DNA of 64,000 nt from Bilabrum cf. latius (taxonomy: Eukaryota), in contig OZ237753.1 of the NCBI GenBank assembly GCA_965178125.1, positions 744,001-808,000 on the forward strand, written 5' to 3'. The notes beneath the pieces are model-generated. The model searched no databases, was not told where the DNA came from, and saw only the letters and a list, made by a program, of their open reading frames with translations. Below are positions 26,701 to 39,255 of the stretch, in pieces. Positions within the stretch are counted from its first letter, which is position 1; each line of letters starts with the position of its first letter. Both the position numbers and the translations under genes were made by a program.

Positions 26701-28610
26701 GGCCAGGATGCCAGGGGGCTTCTTGCCCTCGATGAGGTCAAGGCAGTCCTGGTTGTCAGGGAAATCGATCGAGCTCCAGTCGATCCCTTCGCGCTCGTAC
26801 TCCTCCTGCTCGAGCTTGAAGACGAACTGGTTGAACTGCTGCTGGAGCGTCTCGTTCGCGTAGTTGATGCACAGCTGCTCGAACGAGTTGTGCTCGAAGT
26901 GCTCGAATCCGAAGATGTCCAGCACCCCGATGAAGCTGGCCACCTGCTCCTGCTCGGCTCTGATCCTCAGGTTGACCTTCTTGACCAGCCACAGGAAGAG
27001 CTTACCGTATATGTCCTTCGCCAGCGCGTCAGCGGCAGAGGTGGCCTGCTCGGGCGAGAACAGCACCTTGTACTTCTCTCCCGCGGCGTTGATCATCTTG
27101 CTAGTCAGCGCGTCCTCCATGCCCTCCAGGGTCAGCCCAAGCAGACGGGCCGCGCTCGTGGCAGACGCCCTCGATGCCTCCGTGATCTTCGCCCCGTCAC
27201 CGCCGTCCGCGCCCGGCACCTTGTGCGCCTCGAACTGCACGTCGCCCAGGTGCAGCACCCCCGCCACCGCCTTCCACACGTCCAGCCTCTCCGCCCTGCC
27301 GATCCCCATCGTCTCCATGCCCTCCTCCAGCGCCCGGTACTCCTCATCGTCTCCCACGTCCCGCAGCGTGTAGCACCCGCTCTGGTTGGTGAGCCTGTGC
27401 TCCTCAAGCGGCTTAAGGTCCAGCCCCAGCGTCTCCTTGTCTTCGTCGCTGAGGCCCGCGTGCAGCTGGTAAAAGATGTGGAAGTTCCGCTCGCCCTTGG
27501 ACTGAGCCGCCACCCGCACCTTCTCCAGCAAATACGTCTCGATGGATCCGCCCACCAGCTCGCCCGCCCTGTTGAACTGCAGCGTGATAAATTTGCCAAA
27601 CCTGGAGGAGTTCTCATTCCTCGAGGTCTTGGCGTTGCCGAAAGCCTCCAGGATGGGGTTGGAGTCCAGGATGCGGCGCTCGATCGCAGAGGCCTCCCCG
27701 GTGGCGCTGCCAGCCGCCCTACTGCTCCCGGTGGGGGTAGACACCGCGCCGGCTGGAGTGCTGCCTGCGCCCGCACCGCTGGCTGCAGGCGTGGACGGAG
27801 AGGGCGAGGCGGGGCCGGCTGCCTGGCTTGCTACTTGGTCCATGTCAAGGGCGGACCCCAGTCTGGGGCTGAGCATGGCGTGGCTCGAGCCGGATCGCTG
27901 ATGCCGCTTCGGCCTCCCGATCCAGCAGACGTACCGCATGATCAGTTTCGTGCTTTCTGTCTTGCCTGCCCCCGATTCTCCCGAGATGAGGACGCTCTGG
28001 TTGCTCGTGGGCGTGCCCTTGGCCTCGTCTGGGCTGCGCATGCACCGGTAGGCGTTGTCTGCGGTGTCCCATACGTGGGGAGCGAGCGGCGGCGCGTCGA
28101 TCCCCTGCGACTTGAGCAGTCCTATTGAGTAGTATTGCTGCAGGATGTCCCTGGTGTAGAGCGGGAGGCGCTGGAACGGGTTCACGGCCAGCAGAATCGG
28201 GCCCGTCGACGTGTAGATGAGGTCTTTCGCGTAGCGCATCTGCAGCACATGCAATATTGCAGGCTCATGCAAATGCGTCAAGTTGATCAGATCGTCTACT
28301 CCTACTTGCTTTCTGTCCGAGCTACCAAGGTCGGTGTTCCGAAGCTTGACAGTGGTTAACTCCCCAGCCGAATCCGTCTTTAGGGTGACGTCGACCGGTT
28401 TTCCGCCGGAATCTGGCTCAACCGATGCTTTATCACCATCCTGCGCGAACTCGACAGAATACATCTTGGGACAGTGGCAGGCAGTGCCGCAACGAGACTT
28501 GTGTTGCAGCGCGGGATATCACGTTCGAAGCTCACAATGCTGAGAATTTGGCCGGGAATCCAGGCCAGCACATCATCTTTAATCCAAACGTTGGCCCCAA
28601 CTTCGGCCAT
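23770..28610 (-). CDS. Myosin heavy chain, ~1,580 aa: SH3-like N-terminus, motor, ~6 IQ motifs, coiled-coil tail; exons 28610-28536 and 28440-23770
   Basis: P-loop 'SGESGAGKT', 'LEAFGNAKT..NENSSRFGK', 'LDIFGFE', 'PHYVRCIKPN', 'QLRCGGVLE'. The tail continues as coiled coil through TAGs at 24505, 24478 and 24088 to TGA at 23770. Confidence 0.95.
28441..28535 (-). other. Spliceosomal intron (95 nt) in myosin
   Basis: GTGAGC...GCGCAG; the join gives WIPGQILSI|DGDKASV. Confidence 0.75.
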
Positions 28611-28885
28611 AGCCTCAAATCCTCCAGAGTGGTCCGGCTTCGGGAGATACCCTCAGACAATTGGCCAATCAATTAAATTCTAGCTGGTTTCTGCGACTCG
28701 TCCAGAAGCAAATAGTGGGACGAATCTTCAATTTACAACAAATTGAGCTGGTTGCCACTGTATCGCGATAAATGCCGGTCAGTCGGGGCAAACATGTTTT
28801 CTTTGGTGGGAGCGGTTGCAACGGCTGGGACCAAAAGGCACACCTTACAAATCACCTGCGGCAACTCGGCAGAAAATCAGGAGCC
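28611..28885. promoter_or_regulatory. Putative bidirectional promoter between myosin and WW-R3H genes
   Basis: 275-bp AT-richer spacer between head-to-head starts; ATTGG/CCAAT motifs at ~28660-28670. Positional inference only. Confidence 0.4.
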
Positions 28886-29752
28886 ATGGGGTGGACAAGG
28901 CAAGTTTCGAAGAGGAGCGGCAAGATCTATTATTTTAATACAGATACTGGAGAGTCAACCTATTCAAAGCCACCTTCGTGCGAAGAGAAGCAGGTATCGA
29001 AGCCGCCTACGCTTCCGAAGACGAAATCCGCAGCTTCGCCAGCTCTTTTGACTCGGTAGAGCTCCAGCGCGACTGCAGCAAGTGGTTTGAGCTCAAAATA
29101 GCCTGTTCTCCCTCAACAGAACCAAAAACCACCTGGAAAAGGCGTCTTCTCATCGCTGCTGGCTAAAGTGAAGAAGTAGGCTGCTCGGCCGGGGGTCGAC
29201 GGGTCCAGCAGTTAGTTGTCCTCGATCGAACTTGATAAAAAGCGGCGTCTCGAGGAGCAGGAGCGAGGCAAGAAGGTGGTTCGAGACTGGCGCGACAAGG
29301 CAAAGGCTGTGTGCGACGACCTGCTCAGCAGCGACTCTCGCACGTTCCACCGTTTCACCGGGGAGCACGTTACCCTCGATCTGATCCGGTTGGTCATTCA
29401 CGACGCTGCTGAATCGGCAGGTCTTATGTGCTAGAGCGTCGGGGAAGGGGACGAGCGTGTCGTGCTCGTTTTCAAAGCCGAGCACCCTCCTCCAGAAATC
29501 GTGGAAGCGGAGGCGGAAGAAGCCAGAGAGCAAGCCGCTCTGGAATCTCACGTGAAGGCACAAGCGGCTGCCATGGCGGAGGCAGCTAAGAACCGAACAC
29601 CTGCTCCGAGGGCCCAGAAGAAGGGAGCACCGCCGGACCCCAGCGAGAGGAGGCTGGTGGGCGGGATGAAGCGGGACAGGCGATCTGTGGCTGAAATACA
29701 GGCAGAGCTGGCGGCGGAACAAAAGCGCAGGCGAGTGGATGGAGTCGAGTGA
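28886..29752 (+). CDS. WW domain + R3H (SPAG7-like) protein, ~288 aa
   Basis: 'MGWTRQVSKRSGKIYYFNTDTGESTYSKP' (WW); 'RLVIHDAAESAGLMC*SVGEGDERVVLVFKAEHPP' and 'KRDRRSVAEIQAE' resemble SPAG7. TAGs at 29057, 29099, 29177, 29213, 29432; ends TGA. Confidence 0.8.
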
Positions 29753-30018
29753 ACTAAGTGTCCACTCCTCGCAAGCGACCGACAGGTGGGAGAATCGCGG
29801 GGGGGGTGCAGTTTGCGAGAGTGACAGGGTGGGTCTGCGCCCGTTTTTCTGTTTTGCGCATTGCTGGTTGTAAGTTAGAAAGCAGTGTTAGCCCAAGGTT
29901 AGATGGATTCGTGCGCCGATGCGATTGCCTCGTCGCTCTACATTGGTCGCAACTCGCACACCACACCCCGAGCTGTCCAAGCGTCAAGCCCACAAGCGGG
30001 TTTGGGCCACGGGCCAGC

Positions 30019-33000
30019 ATGGCGTTTTCGGGCGATAGCCCTTCGGAAACAAGTTCCAATTTGACAGAATATGCCAAAGAAGTCACTAAAAGGTAGCAGG
30101 CACTGCTAAACTTGTTGACGGCGCAGCAGCTCGTGCTGCGATTGGGTGCGACAGGCAATCCAGGAGACTTTGGGGGGCCTGCAGCCCTGATTGACTCGGC
30201 AGTGGCCGTTATTGGATGCGATAGAATAACTATGTTTGTGGTAGACCGAGTTCGAGGCCGTGTGGTCGCTGCATTGGCGAATGAGCAGGAATTGGAGGTG
30301 AGGTCGGAACCGCATGAACGTCCTGTTCCAGTACTCTGCGTCTGTGCTCCCTGTTCTGACGGCACTGCTTATGAATACGGTGTGGTTGCTCCTGCCGCGG
30401 CGGCAATTTTGCATTCTGTCGAGACTCCGCATCGGTGCTGCCCAACCGTTTCCTTCGAGAGCGCAGGGAGGTTCTCTTGCGGTAGGCAAGGGATTTGCTG
30501 GGCATGTTGCCCAAACTGGAGAGCCAATTCGTGTTGATGATGCCACGAATGATCCCCGGCTAGTTTTGGACTTTGAGCGCAGTGCAGCCAGCAGGACGCG
30601 CAGCCTCCTAGCCGTTCCTGTCAAGGATCGAAGAGGTGCAGTCGTAGCAGTACTTGAAGCCATCAACAAGCACTCATTTTCGCCTTCTTAGATATGTGCT
30701 TTTACATCGTTTGATGAGTATGTGCTGCGGTGTTTTTCAGTCTTTCTGGGAGAGGTGAGCGCATTCCGAAGTGTAACTCACACATGCGAGTCTGAAGCGC
30801 AGTCGACTCGACGCACCTGAACCATCCCCCCCTGTATATTTCGCAGTCAATGCACCGTTTAGGCTTGTACGAAGATGCTGCTAGGGCAAGTGCGGTCAAT
30901 GCTGCCCTGGTGAGAGCAACCAAGCGTCTCGCACAGGAAGTCGAAGTCTCTAGGGTCGTTGAGACGCTTGTCCGTGCGCTCAGGAGGCTAACTAGGGCAA
31001 CCCGAGTCAACGTTTACCTGGTCGATGCTGATTCAGAGATGATCCACCTGATAGATCCCGGTCTGACGACGCCGCGACGACATGTGCCCGGTTTGTTCGA
31101 CGCCGGCACGTTCGGTGCTTCCACCGCCGACGGCACCGGGGAGGACGTGCACGACATTCACCAAGGAGGGGTGTCCGATTACTACGCACATTCGTTGGGC
31201 CATATCGAGGACGACGGAAGCGAAGGAAACGACGGCTTCGATTCGGACGACTCTGGCTTCGGGGAGGTGACCGGCAAGCTCTCACCCGGCCTGGGGCTGG
31301 GCCGCAGCCTGGGCGGTTCTGGGGGCAAAGGCACCTCGGGCGACGAGCAAGACAGCAAGCTGCGGGCCAGAGATCTGTCCGACAGCACTGGCCTGGCCGA
31401 TGCCGGTGCCGATGCGTCGGATTCGCGGGAGGCCCCGCCCACCGCGAGGAGGCAGCACTCCTCCTCTGCCCCAGTCACTCCAACGCCTGTCTCGGATGCA
31501 GATGTTGCCCGCCCGGGCCGCTCCCGCAGAAAACCGCCCCCAGGTGCTCTTTCCTTGCCCCTAGATCGAGTCCGCGGCATCTCCTCGGGGGCCTCCTCCT
31601 CCAACCAGTCCTCTTCGTCCTCCATGGGGACAGGGAGGGGCGTGCTGGAGGTGGACCCAGACGCGGTGTACTCGCCTACGGTGCCACCGAGCAGCATGAC
31701 AATGCACGGAGGGCAGAGGCTCTGGAGCGATCACTCGTCACACCTAGAGGATCCCCAGAGGCGGCACTCTGCGCAGGTGGGCAGGGCGGGGGGGGCGGGG
31801 GGGGCTGCGGGGGGTCCGCTTGGCCTCTCTGGCAGCAGGGGGCTGGTGCGCCGGCAGACCGAGCAGCCCGGTGCTATGCGAGCCAATGCCAAGGGAACAG
31901 CCACTGTCCACGGGCACAGAGAGAATGCGAGTGCGCATCCGGGCCAGCCCGCGAGCGGCAGCGCGAGCTCCAGCACCACCGTGGCTGGGGGCGGAGGCCG
32001 CATGTTTCCGGCTCTGCCCAACAGGGCGGTACCACTGGCTCGCTTCAACTCCACCCCCCTGCCCACCATCTCAAGCCAGGCCACCAACGTGGGCGGGTCC
32101 GAGTCGGATGCGCACGGCGCGGGAGCTGAGGTGCGGGAGGATGAGACGGGAGCGGAGGGGACGTTGCAGTGCCTCGCGACATTCTCCATCCACAGGGGCA
32201 TCGTGGGGCGGGTGGCGCTGACGGGTGAAACCGTGGTGGTGCTGGATGCATCCGCCCACCCTGACTTCGATGCGGCTGTGGACGAGGCGCTCCTGGACCC
32301 CCTCCCTGCTGAGAAGCTGGAGCTGTCGTCTGGGCCGGCCGTGCAGGGCCAGAGGCACGGGGTGGTGGCAGACAGAGTCGGCATGCTGCGCAGCGGGATG
32401 CACGCTTCAGACTCAACGCCAGCCCTTGTGGAGCTAGGGCACCCTTCCGGGTCCCCTCTCTCCCCCGGGGAGCAGCCTGGAGGCGAGGCATCCCCGCGGC
32501 GATCCACGGTGGCGGGAGGCAGGGGGCCAAGAGGAAGGCAGGATGCCCTGCTGGGTGCCACGGAGAGACCCGCGCGCAGGAAGCAGTCGGCGGGGGCGTT
32601 GTTCCCTGGCGGCGGCACGGGCGCGCATGGAACGGAGCAGAGGGGCGAAGCAGACGGGGGCGGTGGCGCGCAGCAGCACAGTCAGGAGCAGGGTGCGCAG
32701 CCTCAGTCGCCCCTCGTGGGTGCCATGCAGCCCCCGCCCGAAGCCGAGGTTGCCAAGCTTACAAATCTTGGGCCCACTGCCGACGCGGCCGGCTGGGCCG
32801 ATGCAAATGCATCGCACGGTCGTGCTAGGGTGCGTTCGGCTGATCAGGAGCAGGCGATTCACTCCTTCACCCTGGCGGAGGAGTGGAGCGGGGGACGGGC
32901 GGGAGCCGACCAAGCCAGGGGCGTGTCACGGCGGGTGACTTCCAGGCTCTCCAGGGTGCAGAGCGCGGTGGTGGCACCCGTGTGCGACGCGGATGGGCGC

Positions 33001-36000
33001 ATTCTGGCCGTGGTGCAGGTGCTGAACAAGAGGACCGAGTCGGCACAGCAGGACTCGAGGGCTACCCTGCTGTCGGCGACGCACGGTCAGCTCTCGGTGG
33101 TGAAGAACTGCTCGGGCGGTTCCACGGCGCGGCAGGTGATCCAGGCCGCGCTGGATGCGGGCGGGACTACATCGGCCTCTGTTGGGGCAGACGTGGTGGC
33201 AGGCGCGGCGGGCGCAGGAGGGCATGCTGGTGACATCCCTCGGCCGCCGGAGCTGCCGCTGCCTTGGGGCGGCACTTTGGGCGCATCCCCGTCGCTTCTG
33301 CACGCGCTGGGACAGGTAGGAGGAGGCGCTGGTTCTAGCTCTGCAGGCCTGCTGTCCGGTGCCGGTGAGACTCCTGCAGGTTTCGGGGCTGGGAGCGGCG
33401 GGGCCCAGGGCTCCTCCTCCTTCTTCTTCAGTACAGCGCCGCTGTCGGCATCAGCTGGCAGTCCTGCTGGGGCGGTCGACGATGCGGTGCCTGGTCCGCG
33501 CAACGGCCCCTTCGTCTCGGCAGGTCTAGAGTCAGGTATGCGGTCCAAGCGGGCGCTCGGGCTCGCGCGCAAGGCCTCTCGGCAGGTGAGGTCTGAGCGA
33601 GCGCGGGAGATTCAGGTCACGCACACGGCTTCGCTTTCGCCGAGGCCCTCTGGGAAGGGGTTCGGGGCCTGGGTCGATGACGAGGACGAGGACGGGAATG
33701 GGAATGGGAATGGGAGGGGTGGTAGAAGGCGCGGCAGGACCAGCAGCAAGAGCTCCTTGCGGAAAGAGGTGGGTCTTGCTCCGTCTGGGGAGGCAGGGAA
33801 GGCAACAACCGGGGCTGCTGGCGCCGGGTAGGCCTAGGCCAGCGGGCAGGACAGCGGCAGCGACGGTCGGGGCGGCTCGCGAGACTCGGTGGCTCTGCCC
33901 TCTGTCGCAGTCGCTGGCCCCTCGCAGCCCGTGGCCCCGCCCGCAATCCGCGGTAACCACCGCCTGCAGCTCCCGTCCACGGTCGTGGAAGAGACAGGCA
34001 CGACGGACGGGAGGACGGCATCACCCTCGCAGCACTCGGTGGACTCGTCCGCATCCCCAAAGTTCGAGAGCCCCGGCATGCTCCCGGACAGGGGGCACAC
34101 CCTGTCTGGCGACTCGGGCAGCGGCCGGGGGAGCGCGCTCGTGGTTGGCATATCCGGCTCGCAGGGTACCAGGAGCGGCAGTGACGAGGACAGGTAGGTG
34201 GGTGCTGCCACGGGCCCTTTGCCCAGCAGCGCAGCATCCTCCCCCACGCGCGCCGCACCGACTGATGAGAGCCCCCAATCACTTGGAGATGACCTGCACT
34301 CCAGGAACAACGGCGCTGACGTTGACCTTACAGCTACCCCGATCGCCTCGGGAAGCACCGAATCGGACAAGCAGGACGCGGCAGCCGACCCGCCTGCAGC
34401 GCCTGTACAGTCCGCAGCGGGCGAAGCCACGGCGCTGCCTGCCCCGCCTGCCACAATCGGCTAGGTACACCGCTCCACCAGCGCACCGGAAGACCGCCCC
34501 AGCCCTCTGGACACCTCCCGCGAGTCGGACTGGAAGGCCTCGCCCTGGCGCAAGGGGAGCGGCTCGAGCGGCGGTGGGCAGCGAGGGAGGGGCAGGCTGT
34601 CCTCCATCGACGCGGAGGCCTTCGTGCCATTCTCAGCCACCGATGTTGGCGTGGTGGAGAGCATTGCGGCGTCAGCTGGCGTGTGCCTTCACAAGGCGCT
34701 TCTGTTCGGAGACCTGAGGAGGGCCCAGCGAAAGACCGGCGCGCTGCTCGAGATGGTGCAGGCGACGGCCTCGAGCAAGGGGACCTTTGACGTGGTGGAA
34801 GGGATCCTGGAGAGCGTGTCCAGGGCTCTCCGTGCCGTGCGCGCGTCCCTCTTCCTCTTTGACGCGCCTGCTGGCGAGTTGCAGTGCCTGGTGTCCGACA
34901 CCGACCTCGAGGACGTGCGGGTGCCCACCCGCAGGGGGATCGCTGGGTAGGCCGTGCGTGAGGCGCGGGTGGTGCGCGTGGCCAGCTGCCAGCCCGGCGA
35001 CGTTGAGTCGTCTTCCTCCCTGGAACAGGTGCTCCGCCAGCAAACCGCTTTGTCGCCGGGGCGGCGCGCCTCCCAGCTGGGCCACCAGGCAGAGGACGGC
35101 GACGGCAGCGAGCTGGAGCCCGGGCGGTGGCACTTGCAGAGCGACGCGGCCACGCGGCTCGCATCGCTAGGCAGCGCCGACACGGTGGAGAGCGGTGTGG
35201 TGGCGGTGAGGGGCCTCCCCGTTGTGTGTGTCCCGGTTCTGGACCATCAGGGCCGCGTGCTGGGAGTGGTGGAAGTGGTGGGCAAGTGGCAGCCGGGCGG
35301 CCCCGCAGGCGGAAGCTCCTCCGAGAACCCCTTGGAGCTCTCGCCGGCGCCCGTGAGGCCCGGGTCTGGCAGTCCGATGCAGCCCAAGCCACCGCTGGAG
35401 CTCACCCCGGTTCATGGGCAGGGCCAGGCGGATCACTCCGCCTCCAGCTCGCCAGCTGAGAGCAGTCCTCACGGCTTGGGGAACCAGCAAGGCGAGGCCC
35501 AGAAGAACAGTGGCTCCGGGACAGGCGGCCGACCCCCGGCGCCGCCGCGGCCGGGCCTGACCGTGCGCGCTCCCACGTAGTAGAAGCTGCCACCTGTGGT
35601 TAGTCGCATGCACTCGCAGTCGGACGGGATCGGAGCGCCCGGCGTGGTGGTCGGTCAGATGACCCCCATTGACCGAGGGGAATCCTCCGGTTCTCTGCTC
35701 GTATCAGGGCCGTCCGTGGAGCTGGAAGGCGACACTCCCACCGCAGTCACACCAGCCACCAGGGATGAAGTTCCTTCACTGCCCGGCCAGGGCGGAAGCA
35801 CGCGGGCAGTTGTCACGCCGGCCCGCGCAGCAGCCCACCCCGGGCAGCCGCACTCCAGGCGGAGCAACGCGCGCAAGATGCGCACGTTGTCGTTTTATGT
35901 GGGTCGCGGGGGTATGTCTGGAGCCAGGTCAGCTGCTTCGGTCGCGTCCAGCGTCACTGGAATGGGCGGCGTGCACGAGGACCGCAGCACGGGCATAGAC

Positions 36001-39000
36001 GATTCGTCCTCGTTGGCGCATCGTGCCGGCCAGCTGCTCCACCGAGAGGGCAGCATGCACTCGATGGATGGTGAGGTGCCGGATGGCACTCCGGCACCCG
36101 AGTTGGAGGGCAGTTACGGCCCGGTGCAGCCGTTCCAGGAGCAGCACATGGACGTTTTGATCAGTAGCAGGGGCAGGGACGAGTTCGACGACGACGACGT
36201 CGACCTAGTGCAGGCCTGCGCCATCGAAATCTCGCACGCATTCCGAGACAAAAGCGTGGAGCTGCTTATGTACTCCGATGCGGAGAGGCGGCGGCAAGAC
36301 ACGAGGAACAAGGGGCGGACTGGAGGCAAGCCCTGGTTCAAGAGGCTGCCTTCGCACCGCAGCATCGCCAGCTCCCAGCACGGCTCGACCTCAAACTCTG
36401 GCTCAGTGCAGGACAGCCTGCAGTCACACGGGACGCCCCCCGGGTCGAGGAGCGGGCGGGCATCCCAGCAGCCGCTGAACCGAAAAGGCAGCAACCTCAG
36501 CTCCGTCCGAAGCGGCAGGGCCAGTGCGGCGAGGGGCAGCGCAGATGGGGCTGAGCTGGGAGCTGCTGCTGGGGGCGGCAGGGTGCAGGACAAGGCCAAA
36601 ATGCTTGAATCCGTGCTGGCTTTCTATTCGAGGGATGGAGGCGACTCGGGAGGCGGCACGGTGGATCAGCACAGGCAGCAGAGGAGGTCTCGAGACAGTA
36701 GCGCGGGCGGCCGCAGCCGTCGGCGTGATGAGGACCAGGACCGCGCCCGCTCTTCTCGTGGTGACCGCGATTCGAGCGGCAGGGGTGCAGGCGCAAACGA
36801 CGACACGGTGCGGAAAGGGCGAGGCTCCCCCGGAGGCACCACCACCTCATCGCTCGTGTCACAAAAGGGGCAGGGACAGGCGGGTGGGGACGCAGCAGGC
36901 GCGCCAGACGGCGGCACGGGCTCGCCGTCCGCCTCATCCCCCCGTCCAGCGGAGGGCTCCCGTGCCAGTGAGAAATCATCCTCCCGGCGCAGGCACTCAG
37001 CGAACTTTCATCGGGATTCGGCGGGCGGTATTGCCGGCACCAAGGCGGCGGTGCATGCGCTGGGGCCGAGGCGAGTGAGCGACCAGCAGCTGCTGGCGTC
37101 GGGGGCGGGGAGGGGCCGCGGCGTCGTGCCAACTCCGCTCGTGGGTGCCTCTGGTGTGCCGCCCTCCGGAATGCGCCCAACTGACGCGGCAGCACCGCAT
37201 GGCGCTCACCCGGGTCACGATGCGGTGGACGGCAACGTCGACGGGGAGGAAGCGCCGGGTGGTGCCAGGGTGCTGTCGCCCAGGGATTCGTCTGGCGGGC
37301 TGCCCAGCCACGAGGGCGGCGCCACTTTTGGTCGCAAATCGAGCGGGAGGTCCTTCGGGGACGGGACGCGGTCCGACCGGCTGTCGAGGGGCTCTCAAGA
37401 AGGCACCTCCGTGGGTGGCGGGTCCGTGGCGGAGACGGAGCTCGACTCGGAGTCGATGGGGCGGACGGGCCGCGGGTCGAGGGGCTCGGCGACAGGCAGC
37501 GCGAGCAGAGGCCCCTCTGGAGACAGGGCCGGCAGCGGCACGGCGTCTCCCAGGAAGGCGTCCAGTGTGACAAGCGATGACGTGCAGGCCCTGCGCGCCC
37601 GTATGGTCAGGGACGGCCTGCGCGTGGACCATTACGACATGGACGCGGTGCCTCCTTCCGAGCTGGACCTGCCAGGCACCGACGGGATGGGATGGGTTTG
37701 CGTGCCTGGAGACACGGCTGGCAGTGGCAGCGTGGCGGCAACGGGCACTGCCGCCGGAGCTGTCGGTGCAGCAGCGTGTGCGGTGCACGGTGACGAGGTG
37801 TCTGCTCTGGTCCTCCGCGGCGGGGCCTCCCTTGGATCCCCCGGGCACCCGATCGGCATGGAGCTCCCACCGCACGACGACTGGCGCTTTATGCCCTGGG
37901 ACATCCAGCCCCACCAAGCGGGCGGGATCGTGCTGGACCTGCTGACCACGTCGGCTGGCGTGTCATTCACCGCAAGAGAGGCGTGGCTCCCTGCGCAATC
38001 CGACAGCAAGGCGGCACGGCAGGAGCAGCTGGCCATCCTATCGGGCACAGACGCGAGCGAGTCGTCCGGGGACGAGAGGGCCGGGGGGTCACCATCACCC
38101 GGCGACGCGGCGCCAGAGGCAGCGGCGGCAGCGGGCGGCGCCCTCGTGCCGGCCTTCTTCCTTCACGGCCCCACGGTGCTCGCATTCGTGGAGGCGGTGC
38201 GGCGCAGGTACCGGCGGTGCGTCTTTCACTCGTTCGCGCATGGGCTGCACGTATGCCAAGCCTCAGGTCTGCTGCTGCGGGCCACCAACAGCGCCGAGGT
38301 GCTTAGCCCCATGGAGCGGGCAGCCACTCTCTTGTGTGCCCTGAGCCACGACGTGGACCACCCCGGCATCAACAACGCCTTCTTGCAGTCGATCGAGAGC
38401 CCCGTGGCAATGCGGTACAACGACATCAGCGTGCTTGAGAACCATCACACCGCCACGACGTTCGAGATCATCCGAGCGCCGGGCACGGACTGCCTTGGCG
38501 TGCTTGACCCAGCCGAGTTCCGGCGGTGCAGGGCGCTCATGGTGCGTGCCATCCTCGCGACAGACATGAGCGGGCATTTCGACATGACGAAGGAGCTCAA
38601 GGCGATGACGGGCCCCTTCGAGGCCGGCGGCACGGACAAGTCGAGGAACCGACTGGCAGAGGTCGTGGTGCATTCTGCCGACGTGAGCGGGCAGGTGCTC
38701 GAGTGGGACGTGGCGCAGCTGTGGTCGCGGCGGGTCATCACCGAGTTCCAGCAGCAGGCCGACATGGAGGCCGCCCGGGGGCTGGAGACGGCGCCTTTCA
38801 TGCAGGGCTTGGAGAAGGACTCGAGGCAGATGGGCCTGCAGAAGGGATTCTGCTCGTACGTGCTGACCGCGCTGTGGCAGCCGCTGAGCGACCTATACCC
38901 GTCGCTGGAGCCGCAGATGACGGAGTTGTCGCGCAACGCGGAGATGTACGCTAAGCTAGAGGCGGAAGCGAGGGCGGATGAGGAGGCAAAGGAGGCAATG

Positions 39001-39051
39001 GAAGCGGCGGGAGGTAGCGGCGAAGACGAGCCAGAGGCGGACGGCGAGTGA
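30019..39051 (+). CDS. GAF-domain class I cyclic-nucleotide phosphodiesterase, ~2,920 aa; exons 30019-30297, 30467-30754, 30847-39051
   Basis: Three GAF motif sets (e.g. 'CDRITMFVVD...GFAGHVAQTG...LLAVPV...EAINK...FTSFDE'). Catalytic 'FHSFAHG...HDVDHPGINN...VLENHH...ILATDM...HSADVS...EFQQQ'. Nine TAGs (30094, 30689, 33829, 33835, 34195, 34462, 34948, 35578, 35581); ends TGA. Confidence 0.9.
30298..30466 (+). other. Spliceosomal intron (169 nt) in PDE
   Basis: GTGAGG...GCGCAG; joins two halves of GAF-A that lie in different frames. Confidence 0.7.
30755..30846 (+). other. Spliceosomal intron (92 nt) in PDE
   Basis: GTGAGC...TCGCAG; the join gives the GAF helix FSVFLGE|SMHRLGLYE. Confidence 0.8.
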
Positions 39052-39255
39052 AGAAGCCAGACTGAGACGGTACTACCCGATGAATGCCCACCGCTGCTGG
39101 AATCAGGAACTGACTGACTGATGACAGAGACTGTTTGGATATGCATTGGCTCCTTCTGCCCGTCGGTGGCAGTAATTCGGAGCAACCTACAGGCCTAGGC
39201 CGGGGTAGACCTTGTGGCACAATCGCGTCGTTGTCCCAACCAACTTACGTTGCTC

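Noticed and set aside
24091-28128. 1345-aa plus-strand ORF (also 12699-14513, 56537-58261 and many similar)
   Set aside because: Antisense shadows of real genes caused by strong codon bias; no recognisable motifs.
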